In this document: positions 18,420 through 24,869 of the stretch, piece by piece
How positions within the stretch are numbered: the first letter of the stretch is position 1
Layout of the letters: every line of letters starts with the position of its first letter
Assembly (NCBI GenBank): GCA_051954615.1
Contig: JBQCHN010000096.1
Span: forward strand, 17,030-81,029
Source of the DNA: Mesorhizobium sp.
Lineage (GTDB): Bacteria; Pseudomonadota; Alphaproteobacteria; Rhizobiales; Rhizobiaceae
Length of the DNA: 64,000 bases
Direction of reading: 5' to 3'
Position numbers and translations under genes: made by a program
The notes under the pieces: generated by a model
Database searches by the model: none
Told to the model about the DNA's origin: nothing
Seen by the model: only the letters and a program-made list of their open reading frames with translations

Positions 18420-19193
18420 ATGGTGTCTGAAACTCGTTCACCTCGGCTTGCGGTTCTGATCGATGCAGACAACGCCTCGGCAAAGATCGCCGACGGCCTG
18501 TTCGAAGAGATCGCGAAGATCGGCGAGGCCAGTGTCCGGCGGATCTATGGCGACTTTTCGAGTACGCGCTCAAAGGCTTGGGCCGATATCCTATCGAAAC
18601 ATGCGATCATACCCCAACAGCAGTTCGCCTATACGACTGGCAAGAACGCCTCCGATATAACATTGGTGATCGATGCGATGGACCTGCTCCATAGCGGGCG
18701 GTTTGACGGTTTCTGTCTCGTCTCATCTGACAGCGACTTCACGCGGCTTGCTGCCCGAATCCGTGAGCAGGGCGTTGATGTCTTCGGTTTCGGGGAGCAG
18801 AAAACGCCTGAAAGTTTCCGTCAGGCCTGTCGCCGATTTATCTATACCGAGAATCTGCTGCCGTCTGCCCCTGCAAACGAACCAGAGGCCGCACCGAGCA
18901 CGAAGTCCCTGCAGCCACCGTCGGCGGCCGTGCCGATCATCCGGAAGGTCATCGCGCAGATGGAGAGCGAGGACGGTTGGGTTCCGCTCGGTGCGGTCGG
19001 CAATCAGCTCGCCAATCTGGCTTCCGATTTTGATCCCAGGACATTTGGCTTCCGCAAACTGAGTGATCTCGTGCGGAAAACGAATGCATTCGACATCGAG
19101 CATCCCGAAGGTGGCAGCATGCGGATTCGTATCAAGCCCGCCGGCAACCGACCCTCGACGACTAAATCAAAGGGACCGAGATCCAAGGGCTGA
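18420..19193 (+). CDS. NYN (LabA-like) ribonuclease-fold protein with C-terminal OST-HTH/LOTUS domain
   Basis: LAVLIDADNAS and FCLVSSDSDFTRLAARIREQG mark the NYN domain. The C-terminal segment GWVPLGAVGNQLA..FGFRKLSDLV is LOTUS-like. Confidence 0.8.
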   Translation: MVSETRSPRLAVLIDADNASAKIADGLFEEIAKIGEASVRRIYGDFSSTRSKAWADILSKHAIIPQQQFAYTTGKNASDITLVIDAMDLLHSGRFDGFCLVSSDSDFTRLAARIREQGVDVFGFGEQKTPESFRQACRRFIYTENLLPSAPANEPEAAPSTKSLQPPSAAVPIIRKVIAQMESEDGWVPLGAVGNQLANLASDFDPRTFGFRKLSDLVRKTNAFDIEHPEGGSMRIRIKPAGNRPSTTKSKGPRSKG

Positions 19194-19384
19194 AGGGCTT
19201 GGCGTTCAAGAGAAGAGCACGGATCGTTGATATTATATCCATCGCCCGGTCACCGCCTCGGCCTCGTAAGAAATGCAGATGACCTGAGCTTTCGTGCGTC
19301 CGCCATTCTGATCCCGGCTACCACATCCACGCTCGACACGGTATTTGGCTATCTGGAATCGATTTCGATGCGATGACGCTGACT

Positions 19385-19640
19385 TTAATCTTGAGCAGCG
19401 GCAACCAGGAAATCGGCGAGCCGCTGAGCCTCCGCGGATAGGGAAGTGCTTTCGCTGTAGCAGAGATAGTAACCTCGCTCCGTGTGCAGGACATCGCTGG
19501 TCAACGGGACAAGCCTCCCGGCCGTTAGTTCCGATTGTAACAGGGCAACACTACCTAATGCGATGCCATTACCTCGAATGGCTTCACCGATGGTCTGGGA
19601 ATAAGTGCTCATCGTTCTGACATTCCAGCCGTGATGGCGG
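19385..19640 (-). pseudogene. LysR-family regulator, C-terminal fragment only
   Basis: The fragment ends ...LTAGRLVPLTSDVLHTERGYYLCYSE..AQRLADFLVAAA, which is an effector-domain tail. There is no HTH and no matching upstream frame. Confidence 0.55.
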
Positions 19641-19880
19641 ACCCGCCGACCATTGATCGAGAAGACCGCCGGGACCCGCCTCATTGAACCGGTGAACCCA
19701 GTCACGCAATGTCTGGCGATCCATGCCGCCGATCCGTGCGGCATCGGCCCGGCTCATGCCGTCCACGACCGCAGCGAGCGACAACAGCCGGCTGCTTTGA
19801 CGCACATCCTTCGACGCCCGTGCAAGACGGCGAAGCTCGCCACCGGAATAGTCTCCACGCAACTTCACCGCTGAGCCCAT
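19584..19880 (-). pseudogene. IS630-family transposase, N-terminal about 85 codons only
   Basis: MGSAVKLRGDYSGGELRRLARASKDVRQSSRLLSLAAVVDGMSRADAARIGGMDRQTLRDWVHRFNEAGPGGL matches the IS630 HTH region. Similarity is lost after about aa 85. Confidence 0.7.
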
Positions 19881-19964
19881 CGCCGAATCTCCTTCGGCAA
19901 CAAAGAATCACGGCACGCGCTCGGGCCAAAATCACGAAAGAGTCAGCAGTCGAGACCGTTGGTA

Positions 19965-20068
19965 TTAGTTGTCTAGATTGACAGGGAATTCCTGCCCGAC
20001 CGCTTTGGGGCGGCGGAGTTGGGAAAGCGGCCATTCGGCTGGCCGTCGTATTTCGACGGCAACGCGCC
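19965..20068. repeat. repeat family copy B (28-nt motif plus 78-nt extension)
   Basis: 19965-19992 matches 9703-9730 at 26/28. 19991-20068 matches 24368-24445 at 60/78 ungapped, by my own column count. Confidence 0.75.
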
Positions 20069-20166
20069 CTCATGCCCGCCATTGGCCCACCCTGCCTCGC
20101 GTCCCGAAAGCCGCCGTCGGCAAATTCAGCGCGAGTCCGGCTATATCGAACGTTAGCTAAGCGCCA

Positions 20167-21060
20167 TCACTTGCGGAATCGGGGAGTCCAGCTTTCGATC
20201 AGCGCGTCTTCGTCATCGTCTTCAGGCTCGGCCTCAGAGCGCATGCTGAGCGACTTGCACGTCAGAATCGTCAGAGTACGCCCGTACTGCCCAAGTCCGA
20301 CCACCTCTTCGGTGATGCGATAGTTGCCGCCGCCGCCCATCCAGTCACTCAACCGTCTCTGGCCCTCGTCGCGTTGACCTGTACGCACGTTCTCGGGGCT
20401 GGCATTAAACTGCGCCGTAATGGTGCCTGAGGGAACGCCGATGCCCTTTCGCAGGTAGGTCAGTCCCTTCGCCTGCTTGAGGCCATCAGACATGAAGCAC
20501 CAGTCAACGGCGTCGCCTGTCGTGCAGATGACTGCAACACCGTCTGATGTAAGGGTGCAGTATCGGATGGCGGTCGCCGTCAACGACGTTTCGCATTCTT
20601 TTCGCAGCGCCTCGACGCAGGCCAAGCCCGCATCCCGATCCGCAATCGCTTTCTTGAACGGCGCTTCCGGCATGAGAAGAGCGGCTGCGAAGTGATCCGC
20701 CTCTTGTTCAAAAGGATCACCTGACACGAAGCCCGCGCGTGATTGATGAACACCCGTCGTGAGCAGCGCTTCGGGGTGTCCTTCAATGAAGTAGTGTCCC
20801 AGCTCGTGGCTGATGCTGAACCTCTGAAAGCCACGGCTGGGAATGTTCGTTGCGTACATGATGCCGAAATCATCACCGGCTTTGATCAGCATACCCGAGA
20901 CGCCTGAAGCTGTGTCAGGCTTAGGCCGCACCATGATCCCCTTCGTGGCAGCGATTGCCTCGGGGTCGACCCACAGTCCTTCAACCTTCATCTGCCGAAG
21001 CACTGCATTGGCAGCAGCCTCAGCCAGAGTACGACGTGCGAGCCGCGGTTTCGTGTTCAT
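20167..21060 (-). CDS. ImmA/IrrE (M78) zinc metalloprotease, CapP-like
   Basis: HELGHYFIEGH motif. ATGA overlap with the upstream XRE gene. Confidence 0.85.
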   Translation of the reverse strand: MNTKPRLARRTLAEAAANAVLRQMKVEGLWVDPEAIAATKGIMVRPKPDTASGVSGMLIKAGDDFGIMYATNIPSRGFQRFSISHELGHYFIEGHPEALLTTGVHQSRAGFVSGDPFEQEADHFAAALLMPEAPFKKAIADRDAGLACVEALRKECETSLTATAIRYCTLTSDGVAVICTTGDAVDWCFMSDGLKQAKGLTYLRKGIGVPSGTITAQFNASPENVRTGQRDEGQRRLSDWMGGGGNYRITEEVVGLGQYGRTLTILTCKSLSMRSEAEPEDDDEDALIESWTPRFRK

Positions 21061-21410
21061 TCGCTTGCCTTCGTACCTCTCTGCTTGGCCAGGAGGCCCA
21101 CGAAATCCGTTGCGAGCTTCAGGTCTTCCTCGGTGAGCCTGCTCAGGTCGCGGTGAAGGCGGCCGACTGTTTCTGCTGAGGCCTGAGGCGTATCGGATCG
21201 ACCAAGCAAATAGTCGGTGGTCACATTGAGGGCCGAAGCCAAGGCTTTGAGATTGTCGAACGACGGTTTCCGCGGGCCCGACTCGAAATGAGACACCGAA
21301 GCAGCTGGAAGCCCGGCTTTGGCAGCAAGTTCGGCCTGATTCAGGCCACGGAGTTTGCGGGCGTCTTTGAGACGTTCTTTAAAAATATCAGTGGCTTGGG
21401 TTTCTGGCAT
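21057..21410 (-). CDS. XRE-family HTH repressor, CapH-like
   Basis: LRGLNQAELAAKAGLPAASVSHFESG. ATG 21410 is preceded by GGAAG, while the track start at 21506 adds an implausible His-rich leader. Confidence 0.8.
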   Translation of the reverse strand: MPETQATDIFKERLKDARKLRGLNQAELAAKAGLPAASVSHFESGPRKPSFDNLKALASALNVTTDYLLGRSDTPQASAETVGRLHRDLSRLTEEDLKLATDFVGLLAKQRGTKASE

Positions 21411-21431
21411 GGTGCTTCCGATATGGATAAC

Positions 21432-21475
21432 TTGACGTTTCCGCCATTCCGAGTCAACATCATGGTGATCATGGT
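21432..21475. promoter_or_regulatory. candidate operator in capH-like / Ubl-operon divergent promoter
   Basis: TTGAC (21432-21436) N16 GTCAA (21453-21457), followed by the tandem ATCATGGT GATCATGGT (21459-21475). Confidence 0.35.
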
Positions 21476-21484
21476 AATTATGCC

Positions 21485-21772
21485 ATGGCGGAATCGCATG
21501 GCGCAAGCCAGAAACCTATGGGGCCAAAGATGGCAAAGAATGACAGGTGTGTCGTCCGGCACGGCAACGACTGGGCGGTGAAGAAGGGCGGCGTGGCTGC
21601 ACCGGAAAGCATCCACCACAAGCAAAGTCGCGCCGAGCAGCAGGCGAAATCGATCGTACGTGATCTCGGAGGCGGGGAAGTTCGCATCCAGGTGCGCGAC
21701 GGAAAGTGGCGTGACTCTGACACTGTCGCCCCGGCGCATGATCCGTTTCCGCCACGCGACAAGAAACACTAA
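21485..21772 (+). CDS. DUF2188-family small protein (start may be ATG 21530)
   Basis: VVRHGNDWAVKKGG...QAKSIVRDLGGGEVRIQVRDGKWRDSDT..DPFPPRD is the typical DUF2188 pattern. Confidence 0.7.
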   Translation: MAESHGASQKPMGPKMAKNDRCVVRHGNDWAVKKGGVAAPESIHHKQSRAEQQAKSIVRDLGGGEVRIQVRDGKWRDSDTVAPAHDPFPPRDKKH

Positions 21773-21789
21773 CGAATAGGAGAAGAGAA

Positions 21790-22113
21790 ATGGCGAACAA
21801 CAATCAAGGTCAAGGTAGCGACAAGGGTGGCGGTCAAGGCGGTGGCAATCCCGGCCAAGGCGGTGGCGGCAACAACGAGATCACCATCCACATCGACAAG
21901 AAGCAGTTCAAGTCCGCGAGCCCCACGACCGGAGCGGCGCTCTACACGCTCGGCCAGGTCGCCGCGGGTTACGATCTGTGGCGCGAGGTTCACGGTAAGG
22001 GCGATGACGAACTTATCGCGAACAATGCCACACAGGTGATCCTGAAGAATGGTGACCACTTCTATACCGCACAGTCCTCGCTGAACCCGGGCGCTGGCCA
22101 TGTCAATGGCTGA
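21790..22113 (+). CDS. ubiquitin-like beta-grasp protein (multiubiquitin-family single domain) with Gly/Gln/Asn-rich N-tail, ends in Gly
   Basis: ITIHIDKKQFKS..TGAALYTLGQV...VILKNGDHFYT. The final codons read HVNG then stop. Overlaps the next gene by 14 nt. Confidence 0.75.
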   Translation: MANNNQGQGSDKGGGQGGGNPGQGGGGNNEITIHIDKKQFKSASPTTGAALYTLGQVAAGYDLWREVHGKGDDELIANNATQVILKNGDHFYTAQSSLNPGAGHVNG

Positions 22114-22495
22114 TGTAGAAGAACTCTTGCCGGAGGCTGATCGGGATTTTCTGGTCGCCGCCGGCTATGAGCACACGATCGAACGGGTCGGGAACCACGT
22201 CCATATCGTCATCAAGAATTTCCCGTTGCCACGTTACAAGCCGCAGAGCGCTGATCTGCTGATCAGGGTGAAGAACGGTTACCCGAATGCGAAGCTGGAT
22301 ATGTTCTGGACGTATCCAGACGTGTCGCTACCAAGTGGCGGCGTCCCGCTAAAAGCAGACGTTCATGAGCAATACGGGGGCCGCAATTGGCAGCGTTGGT
22401 CCCGGCATATCGCCGACGGAAAATGGCGTCCGGGTGTCGATAACTTGCGGTCGTATCTCACGACGGTGAAAACAGAGCTGGCGAAGGGGGTTTGA
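22100..22495 (+). CDS. prokaryotic E2/UBC-fold protein (family-E-like), contains no cysteine
   Basis: HIVIKNFPLP..YKPQSADLLIRVKNGYPNAKLDMFW is an E2-like core. None of the 131 residues is Cys. Confidence 0.7.
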   Translation: MSMADVEELLPEADRDFLVAAGYEHTIERVGNHVHIVIKNFPLPRYKPQSADLLIRVKNGYPNAKLDMFWTYPDVSLPSGGVPLKADVHEQYGGRNWQRWSRHIADGKWRPGVDNLRSYLTTVKTELAKGV

Positions 22496-23874
22496 TGCGC
22501 TACTCCGTCACCTTTCTCGAGCATGATTACGAGGTCTTGGAAAAACATTTGGCGGCCACTACCGATGAGCAGGCCGCGTTTTTGATTTGTAGGATTGCGC
22601 AGACCGAAGGCGAGACCAGGCTTTTGGTCCGGGAGTTGTTGCCGGTGACCGGCGAAGACGTCATCGAGCAGTCTCCTGTCCACATGGAGATCGCGCCGCG
22701 CGCCTACACACGCGCCATGAAGCACGCCAATGACGAAAAATCCTGCCTTCTCTTCGTCCACTCCCATCCGAACGGCTACGCGGATCATTCCGCTCAGGAC
22801 GACGTCGAGGACGCAAAACTCTTCAAGACCGCTTATACGCGTATTCGCACGCCTGGCGTTCATGGGTCGTTGGTGCTCACACCGCAAGGACTCTCCGGTG
22901 CGCGCGTTTGGCTGCCGGATGGAGCGAGCGCTTCGATCGAACGCATTCGTATTGTTGGCAGACGCGTGAGGTTTTGGTTTTCACAGCAGGGCGCGACCGA
23001 AATCCCCACATTCTTCGATCGTCAAGTCCGGGCTTTTGGCCCAGACATTCAGCGCCTGTTATCGCGCCTGCGGGTTGGCATTGTCGGCCTTGGCGGCACT
23101 GGATCTTCCGTCCTTGAACAACTTATCCGCCTTGGAGTCGGCACGATCTACATCTCCGACGGAGAGCGTTTTGAATCCTCGAATGTGAACCGCGTCTACG
23201 GGTCCCGCGTCATCGATGACACGCTCCCCAAAATCAAGATCGCACAGCGCCTGGCGGCGGAGATTGGATTAGGCACGAAGGTCGAGCTCATTGATAAGCC
23301 GATCTCATATCAATCTGCGCTCAAGACACTCCGGGATTGCGATATTGTATTCGGCTGCACGGATGACGAGCTTGGTCGTTCGCTCCTGAACACCTTCGCT
23401 ATCTACTACTACATCCCGGTCTTTGACATGGGCGTCAAAATCGACTCCGACGAGGGTGTTATTCGGTCCATCAATGGGCGGGTCACAACGCTGGTTAATG
23501 GAGCCGCCTGCTTGCATTGCCGGGGCAGAGTTTCTGCCGAACGCATCGCAGCTCAGGCCGAATGGGAAGCTGACCCCGAGGGCGCGCAGGCCCTTCACGA
23601 TGAAGGCTATCTGCCGGAACTCGGGGACCCTGCTCCGGCTGTGGTGGCTTTCACAACCACGGTCGCAGCAAGTGCAGTGTCCGAATTTCTGCACCGTCTC
23701 ACCGGCTTTATGGGACCGGAGCGCGAAAGCACGGAAGTCTTGCACCTGATCGACCAAACGTTGGTTCGGACCAATCGGGTTGCCTCGCAGCATGATTGCT
23801 TCTGCGCGGATAAGTACCATTGGGGTCGCGGCGATGTGCGCCCTTTCCTCGACACGACATGGCGGGCTGAATGA
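22492..23874 (+). CDS. JAB/JAMM peptidase fused to ThiF/E1-like adenylyltransferase
   Basis: JAMM motif HSHPNGYADHSAQD. E1 nucleotide loop VGIVGLGGTGSSVLEQL. Cys pairs CLHC and CFC. Confidence 0.88.
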   Translation: MMRYSVTFLEHDYEVLEKHLAATTDEQAAFLICRIAQTEGETRLLVRELLPVTGEDVIEQSPVHMEIAPRAYTRAMKHANDEKSCLLFVHSHPNGYADHSAQDDVEDAKLFKTAYTRIRTPGVHGSLVLTPQGLSGARVWLPDGASASIERIRIVGRRVRFWFSQQGATEIPTFFDRQVRAFGPDIQRLLSRLRVGIVGLGGTGSSVLEQLIRLGVGTIYISDGERFESSNVNRVYGSRVIDDTLPKIKIAQRLAAEIGLGTKVELIDKPISYQSALKTLRDCDIVFGCTDDELGRSLLNTFAIYYYIPVFDMGVKIDSDEGVIRSINGRVTTLVNGAACLHCRGRVSAERIAAQAEWEADPEGAQALHDEGYLPELGDPAPAVVAFTTTVAASAVSEFLHRLTGFMGPERESTEVLHLIDQTLVRTNRVASQHDCFCADKYHWGRGDVRPFLDTTWRAE

Positions 23875-24206
23875 AGAAACTGATTGCCTATCTCAGACGT
23901 CTTTGGCTTCGGTTTCGTCGCCGTCATGAGATCGCATCGATTGTTCAGGTCAGCAGTCGCTCGGAGCTTCCCACTAAACTAGGGACCTCTCTCTACCTCG
24001 TTGGCGATCCACCGAAATGGGCAGTCCTAAAATGCCCTTGCGGTTGTGGTGACACAATCGACGTCAACCTCATGAAGGTGCGCAGTCCTGCCTGGCAGTT
24101 ATCGGTTGTCGACGGGAAAGTGAGCTTTCATCCGTCTTTATGGATGCCCAAAGACAAATGCGGTGCGCATTTCTGGATCAAAAATGGGAAGATTACCTGG
24201 GTTTGA
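23871..24206 (+). CDS. DUF6527-like small Cys-cluster (probable zinc-binding) protein
   Basis: LKCPCGCGDTIDVNL...KDKCGAHFWIKNGKITW. 4-nt overlap with the E1 gene. Confidence 0.7.
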   Translation: MKKLIAYLRRLWLRFRRRHEIASIVQVSSRSELPTKLGTSLYLVGDPPKWAVLKCPCGCGDTIDVNLMKVRSPAWQLSVVDGKVSFHPSLWMPKDKCGAHFWIKNGKITWV

Positions 24207-24332
24207 CTTTTATAACGGTATGACGTGCGGTCGCAGCGGATCCCTGATTGGCGCAGCGTAGATCTGCTCGTGAACAGAAGCGGGACAGTCTGCTGTCGGC
24301 CCCCAAAATGGCCAAATGAATCCAGGGCGAGA

Positions 24333-24445
24333 TAGTTCGACGGGAAGGACCGAGATGGGGGTGGTATCCCGCCCGACGGCTTCTGAGCGGCTAAGCTGGG
24401 ATAGCCGCCGTTCAAGTGGCAGCCATACTTCGACGGCAACGCGCC
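24333..24445. repeat. repeat family copy C (degenerate motif plus 78-nt extension)
   Basis: TAGTTCGACGGGAA (24333-24346) compares with TAGATTGACAGGGAA in copy B. 24368-24445 matches 19991-20068 at 60/78. Confidence 0.65.
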
Positions 24446-24869
24446 AGCAGCTGACTGTCCGGTCCTGGCGACACTTGAGGGCCATCTGACATTCTCATCG
24501 TTACGATCGCGGGTTTCGTCCCTTCAGCGGAGCTACGGGCATGCGCCCGCGACGATGTGTCCAACGATGCGGACATCCACGCACTTTCGCAACATTCCAG
24601 CCCGCTCAGTCGCCAGCGTGAGTAGAAGGCTTGGCAGAACTGAGCGCAAATGACCGAAGTATGCACCAAGAGAGGCAGAGTTTCCCGTTCACCGCGAGGA
24701 ACCACAAGGCTCCGCCCCCTGCAACGGCAAGCGCGATCTCGCATGGGACCTCAATGTCGCTGGCGAAAAAGAGCCACCCGTCGGCCTCGCCAGTTTCACG
24801 ACGATAGCAGTGGTTCCAAGCCGTCTCGCGCAGTTAGGACCGAAGTCCCGGAGGGATCGCTCGTACTGA

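Noticed and set aside
21827-22101. Overlapping ORFs 21827..22039 (+) and 21769..22101 (-) across the Ubl gene
   Set aside because: These are alternative-frame shadows of the Gly-rich GGN/GGC-repeat coding region. The Ubl frame has the beta-grasp pattern and operon coupling.
24128-24744. ORFs 24128..24439, 24210..24485 and 24412..24744 (minus strand) and 24650..24940 (plus strand) as genes
   Set aside because: They overlap each other across a repeat and scar region. They lack ribosome-binding sites and recognisable motifs, and their composition looks non-coding.
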